NCBI RefSeq assembly: GCF_000143415.4
Contig: NW_003314369.1
Location: forward strand, 1-64,000
From: Selaginella moellendorffii
Lineage: Eukaryota; Plantae; Lycopodiophyta
Direction of reading: 5' to 3'
DNA: 64,000 nucleotides
The position numbers and the translations under genes are program-made. Below are positions 9,951-23,500 of this stretch, piece after piece (positions within the stretch are counted from its first letter, which is position 1; the number at the start of each line of letters is the position of its first letter). The notes under the pieces were generated by a model that was given only the letters and a program-made list of their open reading frames with translations, searched no databases and had not been told where the DNA came from.

Positions 9951-12900
9951 ATGGCAAAGGCAAGGCGAAAGCGAACCAAGGCGGAGACGGAACCTCCTCC
10001 AGAGCTGGAGCCTCCGGTCGAACGAGAGGCTATGGATGAGGAATCCTTGCATGAGGAGGACTCCAGTGAGGAAACTTCCAAACAGGAGTCCGGTGGCGAG
10101 GTTCGGTCGTCCAAGGCTCGATTGGATATGCTAGAAGGACAGTTGGCACAGACCAATGCCCTGCTGGAGACTCTCGTATGCATGACGAGAAGTGGAAGAA
10201 AAAGCGAAAGACTGCGGATGTTGGCAGCGTAGAAGGTGCGGACCATTTGGTAGGGACTGAGGCAGAACCAAACAAGGTTGAACAGACTGAAGTGGAATCA
10301 GTCCCTCAGGCAGTTCCCAAGTACAAACCAAAGCCCCCACCGGTCTTCAAGGGAGTGAATGACTATAAGGTGGTGGAGGATTGGTTTTACAATATGGAGG
10401 ACTACTTCCGAGCGTTGCAATTACCAAGCTCACAGAAGGTCCCATGTGCAAAACCATACTTGGCAGATAATGCCAAGTCTTGGTGGAGAACAACAGAGGC
10501 CAACGAAGGACCGGTGGCCACTTGGGACATGATGAAGGCGAGGATCCGCGCGACTTACATTCCTCCGAATGCTACTCTGCATCTAAGAGACGAGTTGAGT
10601 AGGCTGAAGCAGACCGAAACCATTCAGGAGTATGTGAATGGGTTTATGGCAAAGAGGATACTTATCACGGACATGGGGTATATGGATGCGTTCCATGCCT
10701 TCATATTGGGCTTGCAAACCTGGGCTCGAAGCGAGGTGATGCGTTGGAACCCGACCAATTACAAAGAAGCGTTGGATGTGGCTATCAAGGTGCATTTCAA
10801 CAATAACCTGCGAAAGGGGAACACGACGGGGCCGGGGTCCATGTTTAACAAAGGGGCCAAACCAAGGGGAACATATAGCAAGAGGAAATTCAAGAAGAGT
10901 TTCTCTAAGAATGAGTCCTCAGGGTTCCGGAAAGGCAAATCCGGTGGCCAGCGAGCAAGTACGTGGGGGAGTCAAGCAAAAAGAGACAAACCCACGGATA
11001 AGAAGGTCAAGTCGTTTAGTAGCATGGGAAACAACGTATGTTACAACTGCGGTGAAGCGGGACACTTTTCGAGGGAATGTCCCTACCCAAAGAAGGCCAG
11101 AGCATATATGGCCATTAAATTGGGTGAAGTCCAAAATGAGGTATGTGATCTAGTCCCTAGCTCAAAGTTACTTATTACACGAGCAACTTTGGTAGAGAGT
11201 CGTTCGCGACATCTACTAGCCCTCCGAGGGAAGCTCGGAGGTAGCTTTGTTAAAATCCTTATTGACACGGGTGTTTCGGATAATTTTGTGGCTACAGACA
11301 TAGTCCGGCAAGCCGGACTAATGGTGCAGCGGCTGAGCGAACCAAGGACTATAGAGTTTGTTCAAGGTAGCTAAAGCACCGATGAGGTACTTTGACAAGC
11401 GAAAGTCGAAGTAGGGACTTGGAAAGTAGACATGGATTTCACCATGTTGGACATGGCGGGATTTGACGTGATCTTTGGGATGGATTGGTTCAATCGGTTT
11501 GTGGTAGCCCTGCATGGACAAGGTAGGAACCTTGTGGTATTAGCAAATGCCCAAGGAAGAAGATCCAGGGTGGAGGCCCAGGATCTAAAGGTAGGGCAAT
11601 GCAAGGCCAAAGATTCGTGCCTAAATGTAGCGCACCTTATCTCTCTCCCCTTAAGCCAACTGGAAAAGGGGCAATTGCTTGATGAGAAAGCCCTTAGTGG
11701 CTATTTTATCCCCATTTATCCCCCAAGGTTCCAAGGATCCACGGCGACAGTATATCCAAATCTCATCCCATGATCATATGCGCTACACTAAACCTGGTGT
11801 CCACGAGAGGACAACTCACTAAAGGGATAAAGGTTGCATTTTTGTGCTTACTCTCGGTGAGAAGTGACAAAAAGACAGAAACGGAAGAAGTACCTTTAGT
11901 GATCCAGCGGGTGTTGGACCAATTCTAGAATACCATGCCGGAGGAGGAGCTACCGGCGGGGTTGCCCCCCGCACGACCGATAGAACATAAGATTGAGCTG
12001 GTCGAGGGTGCTGAGGCGGTGGTTCGTCCACCCTATCGTTTGAACGAAAAAAAACTTGCGGAGCTCAAGCGCCAACTAGAGGAGTTGGTGGACAAAGGGT
12101 ATGTTAGGTTGAGCAAATCACCGTATGGGGCACCGGTGCTATTTGTGAAAAAGAAAGATGGATCTATGCGCATGTGCATAGACTATCTGTTGCTTAAAAA
12201 AAATATACAAAGAAGAACAAGTACCCTTTGCCAAGGATTGAGGACCTGTTCAATAGGTTGGGAAAGGCAAAATACTTCTAGAGGATTGACCTTAGGTCAG
12301 GATACTACCAGATCAGGGTAGCAAAGGAAGATGTCGAGAAGACAACCTGTCGAACGAGGTATGGGAGCTTCGAGTTTTTGGTGATGCCCTTCGGGCAATG
12401 CAATGCGCTGGCAATGTTTTCGGCGTCGATGAACCATATCTTTGTACCCTATCTGGATCACTTTATGGTCGTCTATATTGACGACATCCTAATCTATAGC
12501 GAAACGCTAGAAGAGCATGCCAAACACTTGACGAAGGTGTTTGAGAAACTAAGGAAACACCAGCTGTATGCTAAAGAGAGCAAATGTGACTTTGCTCAGC
12601 AAGAGGTAAAGTTTCTCGGGCATGTGGTGGGCAAGGACGGGCTCAAGGTGGACCCTGAGAAGGTCCAAGCAATCCAGGATTGGGAGCGACCATCGAATGT
12701 ACACAAGTTAAGGGCATTCTTGGGGCTATACAACTACTATCGAAAGTTTATCAGACACTATTCGAGAGTAGCACTACCCTTAACGGACCAAACGGGAAAA
12801 GAGAAGATGGTATGGACAGCAGAATGCGAGGCGGCATTCGTCCACCTCAAGGGGAAGTTGAGGAAGGCTCCTGTGTTAGCGTTACCAGACTTTGGTAAGG

Positions 12901-13765
12901 ACTTTGAGGTAGAAACGGATGCTTCAGACTTTGCGTTGGGCACAATTTTGAAACAAGACAACCATCCAGTAGTGTTCTTCTCGAAGAAGTTGGACAAGGC
13001 TCAACGGAAATGGCCTGCCCACGAGAAGGAATTGTTTGCGGTGGTCAAGGCGCTCAAGGAGTAGCGACACTACCTTGGGAGACACTTCAAGGTTTACACG
13101 GACAATGTGGCAACGAAACACTTCTTGTCACAGCCCAATCTGAGAGGGAAACAGGGCCAGTGGGCCAATGCTTTGGCCGAGTTCGATTGCAAGATTTTGT
13201 ACAAGCCTGAAAAGAGCAACATCATGGCAGATGCGCTAAGTCGAAAAGTGAGCTTGAAGTTAGTGATATCCAGCACAACAGCAACCTTTTGGGATGATGT
13301 GCGGACAGCATATGAGAATGGTGGTCTAGCACAAGAAGTGTTGCTGTAGAATCTAAAGGCACAGGAAGCCCACAAAAGAGGTGAGCTGCCAACATAAGAG
13401 AAAATGGGCTATGCAGAACGCAACGGACTCATCTATTACAAGCAAACAAAGGTGTATGTTCCAGAAGGGGAACTAAGGAAGGTAGCCTTAGAAGAGTGTC
13501 ATGACGGACCTCTTGCGGGACATGGCAGAGTGCCCAAGACAATGGGCTTACTCAAAAGGAAGTACCACTGGCCAGATATGGCTAAGGACGTCCAAGACTA
13601 TGTAAAGACATGTCCAACATGTCAGCAGGTCAAAGCCGTGATTAAGGCTAGTGGGGGCTTGTTACAAAGCATCCCAATTCTAGATCGTCCGTGGAAATGT
13701 CTTACGATGGACTTCATCACGGGACTCCCTCCAAGCGAGGGGTTCGATGCGATATTTGTGGTGGT
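9951..13765 (+). pseudogene. gag-pol of copy 1 (Gag, PR, RT, RH, N-terminal part of IN), disrupted
   Basis: ORF pieces 9936-10232, 10178-11374, 11935-12321, 12378-13064 and 13404-13765, with frameshifts and stops. Confidence 0.9.
11626..11787. mobile_element. 162-bp insertion with 9-bp terminal inverted repeats (mini solo LTR / TRIM-like)
   Basis: TGTAGCGCA...TGCGCTACA ends, 5-bp TSD CTAAA; absent from the paralogous site at ~42880. Confidence 0.9.
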
Positions 13766-15687
13766 CTCACCTCACCACGCCCTAGTATGGGGTCGGGACT
13801 TGAACCCAGCCTTGCTTTACTAGGGGGTTGGGACTCGAACCCAACCTCCATAGAATACGTCTACGGATTCGACATCCCCGCAGGGAGTCGGGCGTAGTTC
13901 CCTACGTCTGGTGGACCTAGCTAACCCATGCTAATTAGCTTACCTTCAGCGTGCCTTCGGGTCCCAACATATGCCATTGCTCAACTTCACAAATATATAC
14001 TTTAATTGAACTTTGCATAAGTACATAGAGTTCTGCCTCGCAGAAATTCCTCCACTAGATCTCGAGCGTTCGCTAGGTTCTCCTCCGGTTCCCATGTTGC
14101 TTCGCAGTGTGGAAATCCTTTCCACTTCACATGGAACTCTCTCACCTCGCATCCTTGTCGCTTGCTCTTGCGCGCATTGAGGATGGCCTCGACTTCGTAT
14201 TCCTCTTCCCCTTGGATAACCTCAGGTAAGGGTCTTAATTGGTCCTTGCGAAGCGGGTCCTCAAAATACGGCTTGAGTAAGTTCACGTGGAACATGGGGT
14301 GCATCTTCCCCATCTCTCAAGGAAGTCGGAGACGGTAAGCCACTTTACTGATTCGAGCCTCAATCTCATAAGGCCCCGCAAACTTGCTTAAGGAACTCAA
14401 GATCAATTCATTTACAGGAATACATGCATTTTTACCTTTGGGTCGACTTCTGGCTGATCCCACTTGGTAGCTTGAGGTTCTTGGTGTTCAGCCACACCTT
14501 CTCCCCAGCTTGGAACTCTACGTCCAAGCACTTCTGGTTTGCGTACTTGGTTTGCCTTTATTGAGCCTGTTCCAAGGAATCCCTCACTAGATTCCAAATG
14601 TTGAGTCTTTCCACCGTGAATGCCTCCACTACGGGTAACTCTCCATGATACTCGGCTACACTGAGTTCCACAGGACTTTCAATAGCTCGCCCATTGATGA
14701 CTTCCCATGGACTCACCCCGATGCTCGAATGTGGTGAGTTGTTATAACACATTTTCGCAAGTCCCAAATGACTTACCCAATCGGTCTAGTCTCTTGAGAC
14801 ATAGCATCGCAAATAATCCTTTAGTTGCTTATTCACCCTTTCCGTTTGTTTGTCAGTCAAGAAGTGTTAGTGCCATCAAACTTGACTTAATACCCAATAC
14901 TTGTCTGTGGGTGGTAGGCTATGCTAAATTTCAACTTGGTGCGATACTGTTCCAAGAGTGTTCTCCAGAACCTACTGGTGAAGATCTTATCTCGATCCGA
15001 GATAATCCGGACCAAAACCAAAACCCGAGTTAGGTGGGACGTGGTAGGAGCTGAAGTTGGGACCACAGTGTGGGAGGCCCTTGGACGGGCGAGATGGGAG
15101 GTATGGCGGGCTTCCGGGGTACAGGCACTCTGGGAGGCTCGGAACCGCAACCACTTCGAAGGGCAGTGCGCTCGGATTTCAGCGATCATGGCGAATTGGT
15201 GGAGGCTCACACTGGCTGCTATCCGCTTGAGGGACACGCTGCTCCAGGAGCATGGGAAAAACAGGGAGGCGCTCACAGCTTGGCAACAACTATGGATTCC
15301 GTGCTACGGGACTGAACACGAGGGGGAGGTCAAGTGGAAATGGAGACCTTCGGACACGGTAGCAAAGGAGGCTCGACGTGGCGATCTGGCACTGGATGCA
15401 CTGCGGAGGCGACGACCACAGCAGCCACGTTTGGAGGGCAGCAATCACTATTAGGTAGAGAATTGCAGGACAGCGTAGTTGAGTGAACAGCGCTAAGGGA
15501 TTCTCGTTTTTTGTATCAGTCCCTAAAGGACTTGGAGAAATGTACATACATGTTGCATCGATCTGAGATAATCTCTTCTGGCCTTCCCCACACTCGAACC
15601 ACTTGTTCAAAGAGCAGCTTTGCCACACCTTCCGCATCCACTTCCATTGTGGTGGGTATGAAATGTGTCATCTTCGAAAATCGATCC
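13766..15687 (-). other. Internal inversion carrying integrase core, chromodomain and part of the 3' UTR of copy 1
   Basis: Reverse complement is collinear with ~44849-46204 of copy 2; re-inverting restores VVVDRFSK. Confidence 0.92.
15008..15557 (+). mobile_element. 5'-truncated LINE (non-LTR retrotransposon) 3' end
   Basis: 16-bp TSD TCGATC(C/T)GAGATAATC at 14992-15007 and 15558-15573; W-rich LINE ORF2 C-terminal motif [16 protein letters not shown]; absent from copy 2. Confidence 0.8.
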
Positions 15688-15853
15688 GAGTATAGGGACA
15701 CCTATATTCCGTTGTCATGGGCTCTTGGCCGGGGAGGCTAACTTAGGCACACCACTAAGTGGGGGGATGCCCCCGGAGACATGGTCAACAAATCGTAGGA
15801 TAAAAAAGAGACGTTCGATGTGGGCATCGAACTTCTTCTATGGGTGGTGGAGT

Positions 15854-17004
15854 TGTAAAGAACCAACTCGCCAAGGTGTCGTAGGCTAAAGGATCCCCGA
15901 AAGCATGACCAAAATGATAAAGAGTTCATCAGATGTCCAAGACCGACTCTAAGACCGAGTTCGAGATAGAGTCCGGAATCGAGTCCGCAGCCGACTCGAA
16001 GGCCGATTTCGAGACCGAGTTCGAGACCGAGTTTGAGACGGAGTCTGAGATCTGAAATCGGGTCCGAGACCGAGTCTGAGGTCAAGTCCGAGGTCGGGTC
16101 TGAGATCGGGTCCGAGATCGAGTCCGAGAGCGAGTCCGAGACCGAATCCGAAGTCGGATCCGAGATCGAGTCCGAGATCGAGCCAGAGATCGAGTCTAAG
16201 TACTAATACGGGTCAAGGGGTGAAAGCCCAAAGCATGCGTCTCCCAGGGGGGGGGGGGGGGGGCTGCAGGGGGTTCCAAAAGTATAGTAGGGATAGGGAG
16301 GTCCAGGAACCAGTTTTGAAGGAACTCTCCAGTGGGGCTTCCAAACTAACTTAAGGTTGGGACTGGGACCGAGGGGCCTTGGGTGGGAGTGAGCATGGAT
16401 TTGGTTGGTGCCAGAGGGGCCATCCAAGGAAGTGCTCAAGAGCAGCTCCCACTCCCGACAGGGAAACCGATTGCAGTGCTCTCGGCTCATGTGGAGTGGT
16501 GCCCCACTTGAGTACCATGCGGCTCATTGGTCCTCGCCCTTCCTAGGGGCTTGGGCCTTCCTTCGGGATGGAAGTGCGGGGGGGGGGGGTAGAGGTACCC
16601 ATACCGGGCCACTAGACCATGGTGTTTCGCCATGGCGTCCCGAAGCAAATGTTGCACTCAAGACTTGGGATTTAGAGGTTCCCATGATCAAGTCTTGTGG
16701 TACCAAGGGATGTTAGGAACCTGGAAGTTTGGTGTGCTTGGCTGCTTGTGCTTGCGGGGAGTGTAGCCGAACCTTAAGTCCAGTCTAACCCGGGGAGGGG
16801 GATTGGGAGTGATTTGGGAATCCATGGATGGATGGCTAACACTCCATTGCTCGTGCAGTGAGTAGCTGAAACCAAGTAGGACCAAGTAGGAGCTGGTACC
16901 ATAGGCGAGAACCTTGGCAAGGGAACTTAGTAAAAGCCAAGGTAGTGTTGGACGGATAGACGAGGTAAGCTGGCAAATTGGAAAGGAAAAATTTGTGGCT
17001 TACA
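15854..17004 (+). repeat. 3' LTR of chromovirus copy 1
   Basis: Direct repeat of 8745-9891, preceded by the G-rich tract TGGGTGGTGGAG. Confidence 0.95.
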
Positions 17005-20000
17005 CAAAGTTGATGAATTTGAATGCATAGCATAGCTCAATCCAGTCTTCATCCAAACAAAGGAGTTGATCTGCTCGATGTTGAGTGGAAGTTAAGCATC
17101 ACTGGACAAAGGATCTACTTCTTCTACAAATACTTGATATGCTGGTAATTGCAGCTGAATGGGGAGCACTGCTTCAAGCCCGTAAACCAGCTTGAATGGT
17201 GTGAAACCACTAGGAAGCTTCTTTATTGTCTTGTAATCCCAGAGAGCATGTGGCAGATAAGTGTTGCCAATAAAGATTGGCCAAGACTCTAAGGTATTAT
17301 CAGTCAGATCCAGTTGAAGTAACTCTAGATGAGCTGCTATACCATCTACTTGTACTTGAAGAATATCCACAAGAGAGATATTATCTAAGGGAGTAATGTT
17401 TTCTTCTTCCAGAACTGAGTCTTGAACTGACATCCAAAGGCCTTGTTTTGCTAGTGCATCTGCCACTGCATTAGACTCTCTAGGTACAGCAACAATATCC
17501 CATCAATCCAACTCAGTGAGGAATGACATCAACTCCCCGTGCAAACGTTGTAAACAGTGACTGAGGACTTTATATGTGCCAGTACTTGTCGGACCAACAG
17601 TTGAGAATCTGATTTAAGGCTCAGCCAATGAACTAGATATTGTAAGGCTCTCCAAACCACCAACAACATTGCCTGATACTCCACTTCATTGGAGGAGGAT
17701 GTAGAAACGACCATTGATATGGAGAAGAGTGTGCCTCCAGTGGGAGATATGAGGACAACACCAATACCACCATGATCCAATAATTGAGAAAATGCTCCAT
17801 CAGAAAATACTCTATACTAGTGGCTCATCTGTATCCACAACACTAGAAACAGTTGTATTAGTGTAACTTGTAACCATACATGAGCTTAGAGTGTCATTAG
17901 AAGTAATACAACTACTAGAAATGTCTACTACACTCAAAACTGGTAAGTTGGCTCTATATCTCACCTTCTCACCCATCATCCATCCTTGAAGTACTGTATC
18001 TTTTGACTCATGTGTCTCACAACCAGCAAAACTGACACCATTGCTGAGTTGAAAGTATCCTTATCAATTGGAACTATGTCTGATGCTTGCAATTGACCTT
18101 CCTATTATATAAGGTGGTGGTTACATTTCCCACTAAAATGTGCATCAAACCTTGATCCCAGAATGTATGAGAAAAAACTCTATCCAGCCACTCTCATCCC
18201 AAAAGTAGTGAATATGACTGAACTGAATCTACCCAGCCATCCTGTGCAAAATCTACTACTAAAATATCAAGTTGAACCTGCGCTCCGTCCACATCATTCA
18301 TTCCAGCTTTAATCAATCCAGCAGGTTTGACCTGATGCTGAGCAAACATCTTAAGGATTGAGTGTTGGAATCGATTGGCAGCTGCTGGTAGATGTGTGTT
18401 GGCATAATATTTGTTCTTGAGCTAGAGTCCATGATTGCTTTAGACACACGTTTGCCATTGATCAGTGGATTGCAATAGAAAGCCCCTAGATCAACTGGAC
18501 ATGAGTGATCCACCACATGGATTCCTGTTTGATGCAGATTACACATCAGATTCTCAGTCATCTACGGGGCTACTCTAGACAAAGAAAGCTGGTCCAAAAG
18601 GCGTGGAGCAATGTGAAGAAGTTGTGCTATGGTGATTGTCGGCCTTAGTAGCTGTAAATCCTCAAGTAAGGAGTATGGTGGCACGAGCAAATGGGCAAGA
18701 TCAATAGCAAATGAAGTTGGTAGTGATTGCAAGGAGTGTAGTGTTTGTGCAAATTTCTTGTCTACCTGAGAGGAACTGATGTTTGGGTCCAAAGTAGCTA
18801 GTCCTAAAACCTGAGCTGTGACTCGACAAGTTAGCAAGCATTCTTGAAAAGGTTCTCTAGCAGCTGCCTGTTGAGATTTTGTAGCCATAAGAACATCCAT
18901 GGATGCTTCCTCTGGTTCTTGAAATAAATCCACCAAAGAGATCTACTCATCTTCCAACATATGACCCTTGACCAATTTCACTGGAAGTAAAGGATCATCT
19001 TGTTGTTTGCATCCTAAATAGGGTGCTATGGTTGGATCCAAAGCATCTGGTTGCTGCAATATGGATCTTTCTCTCCTTATTTATATTTACCCAAGCCCAT
19101 GCCTAATATCCATCCTTGTTTTTGCAACAACTAATATCCCTTGTTATCTTTAGATATTCTTGCTCTCCACGTTGGATCAAGCTCTACCAAACAGATAGAG
19201 TTCTCCACCTATACATGGTTGACCTTGGAAGATGGCAAACTTCTAGCAATTGTAGCTGTCTATGTCAGCATTATTGTGTGATTTGGTAGTGGCCTCAGAG
19301 CATACACTTGAGTTGGCAGAGGAGGAGGAAGTGCCAAGGGCATTGGAGGTGTAGAAATTCGATGTTTTTGCTGCAATTGGAATGCTTGCTGCTTGATGAA
19401 GCATCAATCCTCAGTATGACCTAGCTTACTGCAATAGAAACAAGCAACTGACAATTGATAAAAAGCTGGTGCAACTAGTGCTTGCCAAGCTGGTTGAGCT
19501 GATGAAGGCCACTGAGTTGGAGTGGACCACTGAGGGGAAGCATACCCTAGAGGTGCTGCATTGTGATATTCTTAGGGAAAGCCATGCCCACTACCTTGTG
19601 GACAATAAAAACTCCCAATTTGTAAAATTGGAGCAAATGCAAGCAATATCAACCCTTTGGAGTAGCTAGGCATCATTGCTAGAGTCTCCAAAGGTGTAGA
19701 ACTGACAGTATTGCCAAGAACAGAATCCTGTCCTAGTTGTGTAGCTGCAGCTTTGTAAGGAACTTCTCCTGACTATCAATGATCGTCGTTAAGACCATGG
19801 TTATCATTTTTGTAATATCCTACATGCAGGATTCTAGGGAGATTGACGTGTCTCATTGGATGTTAAAAGCAGATGCAGAGGAAGTGGATCCCATCTCAAT
19901 GAGATACTTGCATTCTTGTGTCTTTGCTTCCACTATTGCCGCTTCAACTGTTGTTGGTTCCTTGTGGTGCACATTCCTAGCCAAGTCAAGATGTAGAGCA

Positions 20001-20598
20001 TCACTATATGCCCGGACCACCTCAAGCTTTTGGCATCAACTCCTTTATCATTACACTTCTGGATATAAGCTTGGAAGTGTTGATTGAACTGCTGCAAGGA
20101 TTCATGCGGCTGCTGACAAAGGAGGTCTAATCCTACCATGACACTATCTTTACTTTCCGAGGTCTCAAACTGTGTCAAGAACAACTTTGTGAGGGTGCCA
20201 AAGTCTGCTGCTTGCTATTGCGACACATTCAACTACCATAATAATGCCTGCCCCAAGAGAGACAATCAGAAATAAGCTGCTTGTGCCTTGTCTAGGATAG
20301 CCATTGCCGCAAGGAATGATTTGATGCTCTCCACATATAGCTGAGGATCTTCTTCAACATCTCCTTTGAATTTGGGTGGGATAGCAACTGTGTGAGCATC
20401 AAGAACGTTCTATCATCTCCTAGCTAGTGTAGGTATAGCACATATCTTCTTCTTTGTTAGCGGCAACTTGCAAATTTCTTGGAATTCTTCTCTGGAGATT
20501 TGAATCCTAGATCACATTTTTGTTGCTAGCACAGAAAATCACTCTCTCCCCATCAGTGTCCCAAGACAGTTCATGAAGATCTTGACTGCATGCACCTA

Positions 20599-23500
20599 TG
20601 TCGCGAATGTGACTTCAGGTATCGAAAGTTACCTGTCGGCTAGTCCTTTCGGATATTCTTTCCTTACTGCCATGATGGCAGGAGGTCGGTATTGCTGGAC
20701 CCGTTATCAGTCTCCGCCTAAGCTAGTTGAGAAACTGGTCATCACATGTGCACTTAGACCGGAAGGGCACTAAGGAAGGAAATCCTAAGTTGTCATTTAG
20801 TCAAGCAGACTTGACACGGTGATGAGAAACTCATGATGTTGGCTTGAGTGTTGGGAACCCCCGTGATATTGAGCTTGGTCCCTCAATATTTGCTAGATGA
20901 TAGCTTACTGTGTCTACCAAACACCCTCGCTATCATGCCCTTAGCGTTAGTCTCAATTCGGTCCCAAATGCTATTTATGGAAAGTGTCCAGATTTGCTCA
21001 TTTGGCATATCTACGGAATGTAGAGATCGGTCTGAACACAATGGTGTTCGTCCCATGTCCAAATTCGCAATCTAGCGCCATTCCATATTTAGTAAGTTTC
21101 GAGCTTGTCCCAGAGACTAACTCTTGGTACTAAGGGTAGGCTTGGGGTGAAAGCCCAAAGCGTGTGTTCCTCAAAAGGGGGGGGGCTATGGGGGGTTCTA
21201 AATGTATAGTAGGGATAGTGGGTAGGTCGGGCATGGCCGACCAACCTGAGGCATAGTCTAGCTCCCGCTTGCGTGCCTGTCCTTGTTCTGCGTCCGGCTT
21301 GGGTCTAAGCCCAAGTTCCATTCCATGCTAGTTGGTGGAGTACCCATGTCCTCACGTTAGGCCACCAGTATGCCAAAATAGCGCCAGACTCCATTTGGCT
21401 CCGTTTTGAGCAACTAGCATCCCAATGCCAAGACTAGCATGCAAGGACTGTTCCAAGTCGCTCCGGGCTCCTGTCCCTTCGCTCCTTGGGCTTTATGCTC
21501 GGGAGTTGCTCCGTGGTTCGGTTCCGTCACTCCTTGGCTCCATGCTTGGGAGTTCGGCACCGTACCTTCGTTTAGTGGCCCAAGGCCCTGAACCTCAGGT
21601 TCCTATGGACACGTGGCGTGGACACGTGGCATGGACATGTGGCATGTGACACATGGCATTTGTCACGTGGCACAAAGATGGTTTAGGTACCGCTTCGTGG
21701 TGTTATCCTATGGTAAATCACCATAGGATAAAGGGTCAAAACCACGTGCGCTACATTTGGTATCAGAAGATGAGTCTCAGCGAGTACTATTCAATGAGAT
21801 TGGGCAACTAGTCTTGTTGCATACGCAGAGATGAAAACAATGATCCGAGTGGGTACACGTTTGGTGCAAAGGGTTCACATTCGTTCCTTGGGTATGGTTT
21901 TGGTTACCTTTTGTACCTAATAATGTGAGCTTGCTCTTGGGCTCATAGGATGGATTTGAGATGCTCCGTTAGCATGAGTTTACGCTTGGGCTCGTGTGTG
22001 AGGCACATTAGCAACTCGAGGTTACACTTTGAGTTGGCAAGATTAATGTTAGCCTATCAGTGGTTCCATGAGTTGTTCCTTGTACCGTGGGTAAAAGCAA
22101 ACTTTCCCTGGGTTTGCTATGAGTGGTAAATAGGCTGGTCCGTAGCTATTTAGCACGGCACTAGTGGATCCTTCTTAGGCATGATTACAAGTGGATCAAT
22201 CAAGACTGTAGGGATAAGTCTATTGATTTCAAGTAATTGTTGCTGTGCTCTCTCATAAACTTTTCTTAGATTGAACTGAAGGCAGTGCGAATGCAAGCTT
22301 GAGGTTTGGTCAAAAAGATGAGACCGAAAAGAGAGTCATCAGGGACGAAGGATCAAACACATAAATCATCTTTTCTTCTTGGAGAGATGATTTGCAACGA
22401 GGTGTTAACTCATTGCTCGTGTTCACATTATGCAATCAAGAGTCCCTACCTTGATGCATGTTGGAAATGATGGTCTTATAAGTGGTGAGTCGTGGGATGT
22501 ATAGCGGTGAAGCACTATACCATTTTGCCTAGACTTGCTATTGGAAGACTTGAGTTACAATGCTCAATTCTTTTCCCGGGAACCTTGCTATTGTTCCTTG
22601 AGTAGCTTGGTTGGATTAGTTTTGAGTTTGGTCGGAAAAAGAGTGGCATGAGCTTGTCTGTGTTGTGAACAAAAGTTAGTGGTGTTGGGTGTTGTAAATC
22701 TCTATCGGTGGAGTGTGGCATTTATGTTGCATTTTATTGAATTGAGTTGGCACTTGATATTCACATAAACCTTTGAAGTAGTGACATAGGCATTGCTTGT
22801 GATGTTACTCAATTGATGATCAAGTCATTGTGATTTTCATATCATATCTATGTGATAATGAGCAATGTGTTTACAAAGTTGCTTGGTTAAACGATGATCA
22901 ACCCCAAAGTGGTTGATGGTGATGCTAGTCTACTTGCATGAAGTAGCATTATAGTAGCTTTGACTGGATTCTCGATGGTGGTTCATTATGCTAAGCTTAA
23001 GTTGGTACCTTGTTTCCTTGAGGGTTTGCCCATAAAGTGTTGGAAAAGGGGTTGTAGCATTCATTTGCTATGACTTGTCAGTTGATCCGTTAGCACTTGG
23101 AGTAGATTATTGGATGGAGAAAGTGTGTAGTTGAGGCATTGACATTGTTAGCACTTGTGCTAGTGGAGATGATATTGTTATTTCGAGTGATGAGGAATTT
23201 TCCTTAAGCTTGATTTTCCATGTCATTTTTTTTGTTAGTGTTTTAGCTTCACATTGGATCTTGAAGGTGGTTGAAGAAGAGTGTTAATGCAATGTGGATA
23301 TCCGAAGATGTGGTCTTCGTGATCAAGCCTTGGGAGTCTGGAGTTAATGTAGAAAAGTGGTTGTTGCACTTTTCTAGAAAGGTGACCCTTGTGCCTTTCT
23401 TTTGTAGCGTTATGCTTGGTGGCAGGTTGCACTTTGCATTTCGTTAGACTTTATGAGAGTAGTGAGCTCTCACTGATCTTGACTTGGTCTTGGAGGCCCT

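Larger units (their letters stand above)
8745..17004 (+). mobile_element. Full-length chromovirus (Ty3/gypsy with chromodomain) LTR retrotransposon, copy 1, decayed
   Basis: LTRs 8745-9891 and 15854-17004 (TG...CA), TSD CAAAG (8740-8744 and 17005-17009), PBS TGGTATCGGAGC, gag with CCHC knuckle, protease LIDTG, RT YIDD, RNaseH ETDASD, integrase, chromodomain YEVEAIL..VKWKGF. Confidence 0.95.
8560..20590 (-). mobile_element. Degenerate Tat-like gypsy element, host of the 8745-17004 insertion
   Basis: gag remnant 19933-20400; protease-like DSSSRTNIMP at 18313-18561; additional RNase H (GGIGVVLISP, SNEVEYQA, KSDSQLLVRQV, N..ADALAK) at 17430-17800; integrase tail TPFKLVYGLEAVLP continuing past the insertion to a PWIGLY motif near 8620. 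Confidence 0.7.

Noticed and set aside
20818-20840. TGATGAG-AAAC as a hammerhead ribozyme core in the LARD LTR
   Set aside because: Lacks CUGA and stem II; it is only a small ATGAG-AAA-CTCAT hairpin.
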